A DNA stretch of 63,981 bases, filler included, from Octopus bimaculoides (GCF_001194135.2; 7 parts of 6 records of this genome joined end to end with filler, not necessarily neighbours in it), one strand, 5' to 3'. Numbered from the whole stretch's first letter, positions 26,730-38,925 are shown. The notes: generated by a model from the letters alone, not told the origin. Made by a program: numbers and translations.

Positions 26730-26925
26730 TCAATCTTTACACCAACATCCCACATAACTATGGAATAAAAGCAATCAAATTCTGGTTGGAAAAGTACCCT
26801 GAAGTACTCCCGGAACGCATAAATCAGATCTTTATTATTGAATCTTTAAAATTTATACTTCAGAACAATTATTTCCTATTTGATGACACATACTATTGTC
26901 AAAAATTGCGGAATTGCGATAGGAA
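26730..26925 (+). pseudogene. Penelope-like RT fragment
   Basis: INLYTNIPHNYGIKAIKFWLEKYPE..FIIESLKFILQNNYFLFDDTYYCQK. Confidence 0.82.
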
Positions 26926-27151
26926 CGAAAGCAGTGAAATTTTAAAAGAAAAAAGTTATGAGTGTTTGTTTCTCAAATTTAAGGGTGATAATATAGGCCT
27001 ATGCTTTTTATGAATATAGTTCTATAAGGGGACTTTTAATATATGTCACCGGTGTCATTGAGGTAAGGAAAAAATTATCAACGACACCGCTAATTGATAC
27101 ATTTGACATATTATTAATTAGCATAATAGCATAACCTGGAAAAAACATGGA

Positions 27152-28023
27152 TTACATGGAAAAAGTGAGCAAGAAAAATAATATTCTTAAGATAATAAAC
27201 CTGGAAAATTATAGGACAATTATTACACTCGGATAAGTTCAGGACAACTTGTTACATTTGGTAAAGTACAGAATAGGAAAATTTTTACTTAAAATATTGC
27301 AGCTAAGGATAAAATTTGAATATCAAAATTTATTTGATTTTAATTTTCAAAGTAACATTATAATTAAAAAAAGGTACCATCATTTTGTTAAAATATTGAC
27401 ACACTAGAATACTTAAAAAATGAGAACCAGAAATCAGAACCCTTATAGCTAAAGATTTATGCAAAGTATATATGGTAGGCAAATTCATTATGTAAAAAAT
27501 AGGCATTGGATCAAGACTAAAAATATGAAGACTTGGCAATAACTTATGTAATAAATTTTACTGTGAATTTGTTGTTATAGATAGATTTTACTGTAATATA
27601 TAACTAATTTTTGTATTGTTCTATTTATTATACTAACTAATTATATACTACTATTACTTTTATAGCCTATTTTCAAATTTACATTTATTAATTAATAATT
27701 TAAAAAATGAATTTTTTTAATGTGCAAAAAATATTTTGAGTTATTTTTTATTTTTAATAGAAGTAACAAATAATAACAAATAGAAGTAATTAACTTGTGA
27801 TAAAATTTTTAGTTTTAATAAAAGCTAATATTTTCTAAATCTAAATATTTTATTTGAAATTTTATCCTTGGCTGCAATATTTCAAGTAAAAATTTTCTCA
27901 TTCTGTACCTTACCAAATATAACAAATTGTCCTGAACTTATCCAAGTGTAATAATTGTCCTATAATTTTCCAGGTTTATTATCTTAAGAATTTTTTTTTC
28001 TTGCTTGCATTTTCCCATGTAAT
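27152..28023. mobile_element. AT-rich fold-back or MITE-like element with ~190-bp imperfect inverted arms
   Basis: 27152-27345 is the reverse complement of 27841-28023 (e.g. cttaagataataaacctggaaaattataggacaattattacac). The right end runs into a gap. Confidence 0.8.
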
Positions 28024-28290
28024 ATATNNNNNNNNNNNNNNNNNNNNNNNNNNNNNNNNNNNNNNNNNNNNNNNNNNNNNNNNNNNNNNNNNNNNNNNNN
28101 NNNNNNNNNNNNNNNNNNNNNNNNNNNNNNNNNNNNNNNNNNNNNNNNNNNNNNNNNNNNNNNNNNNNNNNNNNNNNNNNNNNNNNNNNNNNNNNNNNNN
28201 NNNNNNNNNNNNNNNNNNNNNNNNNNNNNNNNNNNNNNNNNNNNNNNNNNNNNNNNNNNNNNNNNNNNNNNNNNNNNNNNNNNNNNNNNN

Positions 28291-29512
28291 AGGGTCCTTA
28301 AAAAGTTGCGTACCGAGTTTCAATACAATTGACTGATATCATGAGGTTCTGCATTGACTATAAAGAGAACGGGGTGATCTTAGTGAGCGAGTTTTTCCAA
28401 CTTACAAGGACTTACTAAAATGTGTTTTATTTGAACGGAAAAAGAGAAAAGAATGTAATTAAGAAAGATCCTTCAATGAAACAAATTGTCAAGACTGTAG
28501 CAGAAAAGATAATTCTTCTTTGGCAAAAGGCATCCATCCCTTGTGTTACGATTGAGTCAGTTAAACCGAAAATCTTAAACTTTTATCTAAAGTACCAAGC
28601 ATTACTAAAATCTGTCAAAAATAGAAAAAAATGTGTCATCGTTTCAAACACAGTGTAATGTGTTTAAAAACAATGTAACAAAAGATTTATTTGACATTTG
28701 CTGTTGCAAGTGCAAATCCTTTCAAAACTTTAGTTGTGGTAGAGACAAAAAAGTACCACAGAAAGAGAACAAGAAAATGGGGCTCTGAATGTGTTCAAGA
28801 CGATTGAGTCTTCGAGAGAAATGGATCAAGACATTGTATTTCCAGTTATACAACGGAATGCTTTCTTCGCGCACCCAGAAAATATTTTACTGACCATGAT
28901 AACCGATGAGCGGAGCCACATTCGAGAACTAGCATGGAGGTGCATAAAGCAGGCTTGAACACTGTATAAAGGGAAATCTGTGCGACCGTTCAAAGTTCCT
29001 ACCCTAAACTTTGCAACCTCAAACTGTGGAGAGATGTATAAAACTCGAGACAGAAGCATCGTCTAAGGTTTGTGGTGAGAACAATCGAAGCGGTTTCATT
29101 AGTAGTCGAATCAAATCAAGAGAAAAAATGTTTAGTTTTAGCTATTTTGAACATAACGAACAATTAACATTATGTCGTTTTAGGAATTTCCAAAACAACA
29201 AATCTTTGACTGTTCAATTCTTTATTTGAGGGTGAGATGCTACTTCTCGACTCCGAAAAAAATTAATTGCCTTTATTACTGGAACGAAAAGGAATGTATG
29301 TAAAAAATAAAATCTGGAACGGCAAACTTGTCATAAATTGATTTTCTGCTCATTATTCAAAATTTCATGTTAGCTGCGGAGCTTGAAGATGTAAATTTCA
29401 GAAATTCAGATTTTTAACTCAGTTGTTTTTAAAGGATTTCGCAATAAAAATATATTCTTGAAAACTTATTTCGAAAATCTGTGTAAAAGTTACCTTTTTC
29501 GCTCTGCACTAA
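28291..29512 (+). mobile_element. Internally deleted, decayed DNA transposon (hAT-like, possibly hATm)
   Basis: KQIVKTVAEKIILLWQKASIPCV..YQALLKS, then ..VERCIKLETEASSKVCGENNRSGFISSRIKSR, matching motifs I recall from this transposase group. Subfamily uncertain. Confidence 0.55.
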
Positions 29513-29532
29513 CATATATATACATACATACA

Positions 29533-29568
<36 letters not shown>

Positions 29569-29691
29569 TATATNNNNNNNNNNNNNNNNNNNNNNNNNNN
29601 NNNNNNNNNNNNNNNNNTTAATTAATTAANNNNNNNNNNNNNNNNNNNNNNNNNNNNNNNNNNNNNNNNNNNNGAAGCTGAAAGAAGCCTG

Positions 29692-29741
<50 letters not shown>

Positions 29742-29934
29742 ATATTTGTGTGTTTGTGTCTGTGTTTGTCCCTCCACCATTGCTTGACAACCAATGTTGG
29801 TCTGGCAAAAGTGACTGATAGAATAAGGACCAGGCTTACAAAGAATAAGTCCAGGGATCGATTTCTTCGACTAAAAGGTGGTGCTCCAGCATGGCCACAG
29901 TCAAAATAACTGAAACAAGTAAAAGAATAAAAGA

Positions 29935-30189
29935 ATATATTGATGCGACAAGCTGGCAGAATCGTTAGCACGCCAGGCGAAATGCTTAGCGGTATTTCGT
30001 CTGCTGCTAAGTTCTGAGTTCAAATCCCGCTGAGGTCAACTTTCCCTTTCATCCTTTCAGGGTCAATTAAATAAGTACCAGTTATGCACTGAGGTTGATA
30101 TAATCAATTTAATCCATTTGTCTGTCCTCATTTGTCCCCTCTGTGTGTTGCCCCTTGTGGGCAGTAAAGAAATAAGGATATATTGATGC
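29935..30189 (+). mobile_element. SINE family B with 12-bp TSD
   Basis: ATATATTGATGC at 29935-29946 and 30178-30189 flanks agctggcagaatcgttagc...aaagaaataagg. Confidence 0.88.
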
Positions 30190-30634
30190 TTGTCATTGTG
30201 TATGTGCTGGTCCCCCACTACTGCTCGACAACCAGTGTTGGTTTGTTTATATCCTTGTAACTTAGCAGTTCTGTAAAAGATGGTAATAGACCAAGTACCA
30301 GGCTTAAAAAGGATTAAAAAAACGGGCCTGGGGTCAATTCATTCAATGAAACCCCTTGAAGATGGTGTTCCAGCATAGCTGCAGTCCAATGACTGAGACA
30401 AGTAAAAGATTGAAGATGAAAGATGGTACAATCCTCGATTATCCCTAAAATTGATGGAATGGTCAGGGTTAGAATGTTTTTTTAATAATAGGTCTGCTGA
30501 ATTGGAAGGGTTTAGCAGAGGTTAAACAGCAACAATGACATATTCCAGGCAAGTTCCGACTTGAAACGTTTTGGCTATTGTCACCTGAACAATACCTTGT
30601 CCGTAGTCCTTTCTCTAATTTTTAATTACTCTTT

Positions 30635-30980
30635 GTGTTGTGGTGGGGGAGGTAGCGGTGGTGGCAGTGGCAGCGATGGTGGCGATGGTGGCGATGGAGG
30701 AAATGGTAGTGGTAGTGGTGGTGGTGGTGGTGTGTAGGAGTGAGACACTACCACCACCACTACCTCCATCGCCACCACAACCACCACCATCATCATCATC
30801 GTCGTTGTTGTTGTTGTCATCGTCATCATCATCATCATCATCGTCATCATCGTCATTATCATCATCATCATCACAATCATTGTTATCATCGTAATTATAA
30901 TCACTGCCGTCACCACCACCAGACACAACTACTACATCTGTCACCATCACTGACTGAAACACCTCCAGCACTACCACACC
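30635..30980. repeat. Compound trinucleotide low-complexity tract (GGT/ACC/CAT/TCG)
   Basis: Visible triplet runs that open ORFs in several frames on both strands. Confidence 0.9.
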
Positions 30981-31969
30981 AACCAATATTTCAGTACCCA
31001 ATGTATACATAATATATATATGCATACATACATACATATATATATGTAAACATAAGTATACATGAAACATACACACACACACACATATGTATGTATGCGT
31101 GTATAAATATATATATATATATATATTNNNNNNNNNNNNNNNNNNNNNNNNNNNNNNNNNNNNNNNNNNNNNNNNNNNNNNNNNNNNNNNNNNNNNNNNN
31201 NNNNNNNNNNNNNNNNNNNNNNNNNNNNNNNNNNNNNNNNNNNNNNNNNNNNNNNNNNNNNNNNNNNNNNNNNNNNNNNNNNNNNNNNNNNNNNNNNNNN
31301 NNNNNNNNNNNNNNNNNNNNNNNNNNNNNNNNNNNNNNNNNNNNNNNNNNNNNNNNNNNNNNNNNNNNNNNNNNNNNNNNNNNNNNNNNNNNNNNNNNNN
31401 NNNNNNNNNNNNNNNNNNNNNNNNNNNNNNNNNNNNNNNNNNNNNNNNNNNNNNNNNNNNNNNNNNNNNNNNNNNNNNNNNNNNNNNNNNNNNNNNNNNN
31501 NNNNNNNNNNNNNNNNNNNNNNNNNNNNNNNNNNNNNNNNNNNNNNNNNNNNNNNNNNNNNNNNNNNNNNNNNNNNNNNNNNNNNNNNNNNNNNNNNNNN
31601 NNNNNNNNNNNNNNNNNNNNNNNNNNNNNNNNNNNNNNNNNNNNNNNNNNNNNNNNNNNNNNNNNNNNNNNNNNNNNNNNNNNNNNNNNNNNNNNNNNNN
31701 NNNNNNNNNNNNNNNNNNNNNNNNNNNNNNNNNNNNNNNNNNNNNNNNNNNNNNNNNNNNNNNNNNNNNNNNNNNNNNNNNNNNNNNNNNNNNNNNNNNN
31801 NNNNNNNNNNNNNNNNNNNNNNNNNNNNNNNNNNNNNNNNNNNNATGTCATCCACAGTTTGGGTGTATTTCCTTTGGATCTACTTCAGGAATTCTGCAGT
31901 GTAAGTTGAGATAATAATTATTGATTAAGTAACCAGAAGATGGAATTGGTATAAATCTTATTTTGAATG

Positions 31970-32240
31970 ACAATTGCTTTGACCAAATCCTGCGACTGTC
32001 ACTTATGGATGGGATGCTGTGCATCATGTTATGTTGCATCAATTTTTGAAGTCTGGGTTACATCAGGTACATTCATACATAAAGGTGCAGACATGGCTGT
32101 GTGATATGAAGCTTGCTTCCCAACCACATGGTTCCAGGTTCAGTCCCACTGCTTGGCATCTTGGGCAAGTGTCTTCTCCCATAATCTCGGGCTGACCAAA
32201 GCCTTGTGAGTAGATTTGGTAGACGGAAACTGAAAGAAGC

Positions 32241-32281
<41 letters not shown>

Positions 32282-32696
32282 TCATCATTGTTTAACATCT
32301 ACTTTCCATGCTGGCATGGGTTGGACGGTTTGACTGAGGACTGGTGAGCCAGAGGCTGCACCAGGCTCCAGTCTGATTTGGCAAAGTTTCTACAGCTGGA
32401 TGACCCTCCTAACGTAAACCACTCCGAGAGTATAGATGGTGCTTTTACATGCCACCGGCACGTGGGCCAGTCAGGCAGTTCTGGCAACAACCATGCTCAA
32501 AAGGTGTTTTTACATGCTACCTGCACGGAAGCAAGTCCGGTGGCACTGGCAAAGACGTGATTGCTATCCTACTGAATTCTAAGAAACCAGTGTTCAATTT
32601 TCAAGGAGCAGCTAATGCTCTCCTCTTAGATAAGATTCAAGTTTAATGTGCCCAGATCAGCTCCCTGTTCCCAAATACAACAGCCATGTATATATA

Positions 32697-32754
<58 letters not shown>

Positions 32755-33270
32755 TGTGTGTGTGAGAGAGAGAGAGAGAGTGTGTGTGTGTGTGTGTGTG
32801 TGCGTGTGTATATATATTTATGTGTATGTGTCTGTGTTTGTGCTTCTACCATCACTTCACAACTGATGTTGGTGTGTTTACATGCCTGTAACTTAGAGGT
32901 TCAGCAAAAGATCCCAATAGAATAAGTACTAGGCTTACAAAGAATAAGTCCAGGAGTGGATTTGCTTGACTAAAGGTGGTGCTCCAGCATGGCCACAATG
33001 AAATGACTGAAACAAGTATAAGTACAAGTAAAGTCGTGTCTCGCAAAAGATCTTTAGTCAGGGCAGCCATGTTGTTATTTGCCCGCTTCATTTAGGGCAA
33101 ATAACAACATAACTGCCATAACTCAAGATCTTTAGCGAGGCACCACTTAATGTATGAATGTACCTGATGTGACCCCGTCTGCAAAATTGATGCAATATAG
33201 TATGATGCACAGCATCTCACCCCTAAAGGACAGTTGCAGGATGGGCCGAAACTATCGTCGTACAAAATAA
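31970..33270. mobile_element. Inverted pair of ~110-130 bp hammerhead-bearing element ends (31970-32085 minus, 33135-33270 plus)
   Basis: The reverse complement of 33135-33241 aligns to 31989-32085 (gatgctgtgcatca..ttgcatcaatttt..catcaggtacattcatacat). Both copies end in degenerate hammerhead cores. Confidence 0.7.
33046..33133. other. 88-nt hairpin: 23-bp core stem, 10-nt loop, extendable to ~39 bp
   Basis: ggcagccatgttgttatttgccc (33062-33084) / gggcaaataacaacataactgcc (33095-33117), with outer aagatcttt pairing. Confidence 0.9.
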
Positions 33271-34009
33271 AGTGTTATACCACTTCCAGCTTCTTTTACT
33301 TAACTGATTAGTATATATACATATATATATATCTTTTTTCCTTTTGCTTTTAATTGTTTCAGGCATTTTGACTGTGGCCATGCTGGAGCACTGCCTTTAG
33401 TCGAGCAAATCAACCCCAGGACTTAGTCTTTGTAAGCTGAGTTCTTATTCTATCAGTCTCTTATGCCGAACTGCTAAGTTACAGGGAAGTAAGCACACCA
33501 GCATCAGTTGTCAAGTGATGTTGGGGGACACACACACACAAATATATACACCCACATACATAAATATATATATATGTATATATANNNNNNNNNNNNNNNN
33601 NNNNNNNNNNNNNNNNNNNNNNNNNNNNNNNNNNNNNNNNNNNNNNNNNNNNNNNNNNNNNNNNNNNNNNNNNNNNNNNNNNNNNNNNNNNNNNNNNNNN
33701 NNNNNNNNNNNNNNNNNNNNNNNNNNNNNNNNNNNNNNNNNNNNNNNNNNNNNNNNNNNNNNNNNNNNNNNNNNNNNNNNNNNNNNNNNNNNNNNNNNNN
33801 NNGCCCGAGGCTATAGTAGAAGACACTTGCCCAAGGTGCCACACAGTAGGACTGAACCTGGAACCATGTGGTTGGTAAGCAAGCTACTTACCATTTCTGC
33901 ACCTATAAAAAATAAAATTTGTTGAACAAAAGCCACAATAATTATGAACCAACACAATATATTTATATATATACTCTTTTTTTTTAAACTCTTTTACTAT
34001 TCATATACG

Positions 34010-34420
34010 ATAGGCTTCTTCCAGTTTCTGTCTACCAAGTCCACTCACAAGGCTTTGGTCGGCCCGAGGCTATAAGTAGAAGGTGCCATACAGTGGGACT
34101 GAACCCAGGACCATGTGGTTCGTAAGCAAGCTTCTTATTTCTTTTTTATTTCTTTATTGCCCACAAGGGGCTAAATATAGAGGGGACAAACAAGGACAGA
34201 CAAATGGATTAAGACGATTACATCGACCCCAGTGCGTAACTGGTACTTAATTTATCGACCCCAAAAGGATGAAAGGCAAAGTCGACCTCGGCGGAATTTG
34301 AACTTAGAACGTAACGGCAGACGAAATACCGCTAAGCATTTCGCCCGGAGTGCTAACGATTCTGCCAGCTCACCGCCGTAAGCAAGCTTCTTATCACACA
34401 GCAACTCCAGCGCCTATATA
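34010..34420 (-). mobile_element. SINE family B nested in SINE family A with a 17-bp TSD
   Basis: GTAAGCAAGCTTCTTAT at 34122-34138 and 34378-34394. The family A sequence resumes after the second copy. Confidence 0.9.
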
Positions 34421-34819
34421 TATATATAGATATATATATATATATATACATGTATATACACACGCATACATTTATATATATATAGAGAGAGCTTCCTCTC
34501 TCATACACACATACACAGGCATATTCAATGTAGCCCCTCCCTTGTATATTACTATGTGTGACTGAATGAGTGCCTAAATAAATGAATGGTCAGATTTTTA
34601 AGAAACAGGCAAACTCATTAATAAATGATTTCACATCAGTAAATACCTCAGTTAATTTCTATTTTGGAACTAAATAATTATAGCTAATATATGCATGCAC
34701 ACCATGCACACACACATGCACACCATCCACACACACATGCACACACAAACTCACACATGTGCACGCATTCAGATGTATTCATATGAAAATATATATGTAT
34801 TAACAATATATATGTCGTA

Positions 34820-34850
<31 letters not shown>

Positions 34851-35203
34851 AATGTGTATTAACAATATATATGTAGTAACACACANNNNNNNNNNNNNNN
34901 NNNNNNNNNNNNNNNNNNNNNNNNNNNNNNNNNNNNNNNNNNNNNNNNNNNNNNNNNNNNNNNNNNNNNNNNNNNNNNNNNNNNNNNNNNNNNNNNNNNN
35001 NNNNNNNNNNNNNNNNNNNNNNNNNNNNNNNNNNNNNNNNNNNNNNNNNNNNNNNNNNNNNNNNNNNNNNNNNNNNNNNNNNNNNNNNNNNNNNNNNNNN
35101 NNNNNNNNNNNNNNNNNNNNNNNNNNNNNNNNNNNNNNNNNNNNNNNNNNNNNNNNNNNNNNNNNNNNNNNNNNNNNNNNNNNNNNNNNNNNNNNNNNNN
35201 NNN

Positions 35204-35241
<38 letters not shown>

Positions 35242-35600
35242 GTGCATATAAGGATATGTATATATATATATATATGCGTGTGTATATATAAATATATGTA
35301 CACACTCACACACACGCAAACCCAAACACACACACACACACTAATTTTCAGAAGAGACACACATCTATACACACACTTATGTGTGTGTGTATATGTGTGT
35401 TTGTATATATGTATATATGAGTGTGATTGTAAGTGTGCAAGAGTCTCACGTAAATTACTTAACAAACCTTCCCTTTTCTCTCTCTTTTCATTTTCTATTT
35501 TCCCTCCTTATTCTAATTAATTCCTCTGCCCTACTTTCACATGTTCAATAGTAATAATTATGCATATGTGACTGTATATATTTACATATGGTGTTGTCTG

Positions 35601-36205
35601 AGCATATATATAGTCTTTCTGAAAAATTGGGTATTGCAATCCAAACACAGGTTTTCAGTTCTGTCAGCTTCGAATGAATATTACAGTAAGCAGTTTCACA
35701 TGCTGAAGGCTCATCAGGCATCATTTACCTCACTTGCTCAAACTGCTGAGCATGTATATAGTCTCTCTGAAAAATTGTGTATTGCAATCAAACCACAGAT
35801 TTTCTGTGCTATCATTGTTGAATGAATATTACAGTAAGTAGTTTCATATGCTGAAGGTTCATCAGGCATCATTTACCTCTCTTGCTCAAACTGTTGAGCA
35901 TGTATATAGTCTCTCTGAAAAATGGGTATTGATTGCAATCAAACCACAGGTTTTCTGTACTATCATTGTTGAATGAATATTACAGTAAATAGTTTCACAT
36001 GCTGAAGGCTCATCAGGCATCATTTACCTCTGTTGCCCAAACTGCTGAATATATATATATGTAATCTCCCTCTAAAATTAAGCATTGTAATGAAACTACA
36101 AGATTTCTTTCCCATCAACCCTAAATGAGTATTGCAATAAGTAGTTTCACCATGTTAACAGCTCATCAAATATCATTTACCCCTCTTTTCCAAATTGCTT
36201 AACAT
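35601..36205. repeat. Tandem repeat, four copies of a ~148-bp unit
   Basis: Units start at about 35601, 35749, 35897 and 36047 and share gaatattacagtaa..gtttca..tgctgaagg.tcatcaggcatcatttacctc. The fourth copy is more diverged. Confidence 0.92.
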
Positions 36206-36498
36206 TAATGGTAATTAATGGTTCCATTATTGAAACAGAAACTCTACCATCATAGTTCATCATCCACTCATCCACTCCTTAACCCTCTCCAGTTTCTACA
36301 GCTATTATGTTGTCATGCAGGCAAGATTTTGTGGTTAAGAAGTTTGCTTACCAGTCATACAGTTCCAGGTTCAGTCCCATTCCATGGCACCTTGAGTAAG
36401 TGTCTTCTACTATAGCTCCCAGACCAGCTCAAGCCTGGTGAGTGGATTTGGTAGATGGAAACTCAAAGAAGCATTAGTAGAAAGTAGCATTAATTTAC

Positions 36499-36598
36499 TG
36501 GATCAGTCAATTTTCTCAACCAATCAACAAGCCAATTGTGTAAACCTATCACTAACGAACCTATAATGACCACTGGAAACAGCTGTATGTCAAGTTTA
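36499..36598 (-). CDS. Candidate internal exon (phase 2-0): KLDIQLFPVVIIGSLVIGLHNWLVDWLRKLTDP
   Basis: catatttttctttattgcag acceptor, CCA|GTAAAT donor, one open frame, hydrophobic then Trp-rich amphipathic pattern. No homology recognised. Confidence 0.35.
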
Positions 36599-37649
36599 CT
36601 GCAATAAAGAAAAATATGCAATGACCATTATTCATGCCTGTCTCATATATATATATGTATGTAGTGAGACACTGGGGCCCTAATTTCAGTGTTTGAGGAG
36701 TGTGGAACCTCCTCTCAGTCACTATTGTTCCCAGGTATATTCTGGCCCGGAGTGGTAGTACCAGTAAGGGTCCCAGCTACGGGTTAGCTAGCATATCCCC
36801 CTACAACTGGGGGTGGGATCGGTAGAATGCAGTCACCATATTCCCTGCATGGCGTAAGAGGCTACTAAAAGGGGTAGTAAATCCCTTAGTAAATCCATAT
36901 TCCTAAAAACCTGGCAAATTAAAAAGCATACCATTAAAAATTATGCCATTCAGATGCTCATAAACCATGATTTCGGATGCTGGCCTAATGGGCCTCAACC
37001 TTCATTAGTACAAGTTACTGAATAAAAATTCCAAATCTGCCACGTTATAAATCCATTAGCATTCTGGTTTGTTTTGCACTAAAACCAGCCTTCATGGTGC
37101 AATTATATGTTTATGAGCAAATATTTGAATGCTTACATTCAAAATAAGATATTACTATTGTTAATATTATCTGTGGTGAATATTTTTAATTGATTTGGCA
37201 GATTTGGCATCTGAATGGCATATCTTTAATGGTATGCTTTTTAATTTATCAATTCTTTGTCCGTTTCCTTGCTTACTGTTATTTTCTGTTATATGGTGTT
37301 TTTCAGCAGTTGAATTGGGACTTTAACTCCTATTGCTAAACAGGTTAATGCTTCGCACATACTTATGCTTCATGCAAATTTTCAATTTTATATATATATA
37401 AACACGGAGTAGATGAAACAGGGACAACTGAAGAAGGGATATACTCTTTATGTTGCACGTCTCGTTTCTCTATTTGTTTCTTTTCGTTGTTCGAACAAAA
37501 GTTCGTTTTCTATGGTTTCATTTTTATGTTTTCATTTCTCATTGTGTTTAACGATTTTTTGATGTCCTGTACCCATACATGCATGTATATATTCATATAT
37601 ATGTAGGTATGTACATATATGTATGGATATATGCATATATTTATATATC

Positions 37650-37690
<41 letters not shown>

Positions 37691-37693
37691 CAC

Positions 37694-37738
<45 letters not shown>

Positions 37739-38257
37739 GACATGTATATATACATACATATATAGACATGTATATATACATACATATATATATATATATA
37801 TATATGCATATATACATATGTACATATATATAAATATATATAGATAGATATGCTTTTGTGAGTGTGTGTATGTTTGTGTCTCCTCATCTTCTTGTCTCCA
37901 TCTTATGACATTGTGTGATAGCTGTAAGTGAATGTCATTCACTTCTATTATTCTACAAGACTGTGTCTGACCATAGGAAAATACTACCTTCATTGGCAAC
38001 AGGGAGAGCATCCAGCTATAGAAAAATCTTCCTCAGTAACTCTGTCCAACCCATGACAGCACAGAAAAGATTATGTTAAATGATGATAATGATGATGATG
38101 ATGATGATGATCATCATCATCATCATATGCTCTTCCTTATCTTCCCTTTCTCTATTTATAACCAATTTCTCTATTTATCGTCAACACATTAACTGCCACA
38201 TGTATCACTAGTGGTTCATCACACCACTGGTACATTTTCACTTTTGTCCAACCCCTG

Positions 38258-38306
<49 letters not shown>

Positions 38307-38484
38307 CACATAATAAGCACTAAGTCCACTCTGCTGAGTGGTTGGTGTTAGCATCCAGCTGTAAAAATCTTGCCAAAACAGTCACAGAAGTCCAGTGCAG
38401 GCTTCGGCCTGACCGGCTTCTGTGGTACTGTCCCACCCATGTTAACATGGAACATGGACGTTAAATGATGATGATGATGATAAT

Positions 38485-38537
<53 letters not shown>

Positions 38538-38925
38538 GTATATGCATATATGTGTGTGTATATATATATATATGCACACACACACATACATATATGTATA
38601 CATACATACAAAGATGTGTGTGTGTGTATGGGTGCGTGCATGCACGTGTGTGTGCATGTGTGTGTGTGTTTGCACAGGTTTATTCTATCATAAATATTTA
38701 AAATTATAAATGCATATTTAATGCTATTCAGTAACATATCTATTGGTCTCTCTTGTTGGTCAAAATAGTAAAAGACAATTAAACCATAATATTATTTATA
38801 GAGTAAATATTGATATCTAATACTGGAAAAGCAATGAAAATACCACAATCACAGCAGATTAAATAAAATATTACAGTACTTGATTGATAGTTATTTTATT
38901 GAACTCCATCTCTCTCCCTCTACAG

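Noticed and set aside
25708-27013. Long 330-420 aa ORFs in the track (also at 31-32 kb, 39.5-40.5 kb and 54.6-55.9 kb)
   Set aside because: They are open only because they cross N gaps and dinucleotide repeats.
30615-31082. Poly-Asp/His/Ser/Pro ORFs that resemble acidic or His-rich proteins
   Set aside because: Compound trinucleotide microsatellite open in several frames on both strands, with no splice or domain support.
35601-36205. CRISPR-like array reading of the 148-bp repeat
   Set aside because: Whole units are homologous with no unique spacers, no cas genes are present, and the context is eukaryotic.
37420-37470. CTGAAGA-AGGGATATACTCTT as a hammerhead
   Set aside because: A stem II-like hairpin is present but the GAAA is missing, so it is too degenerate to count.
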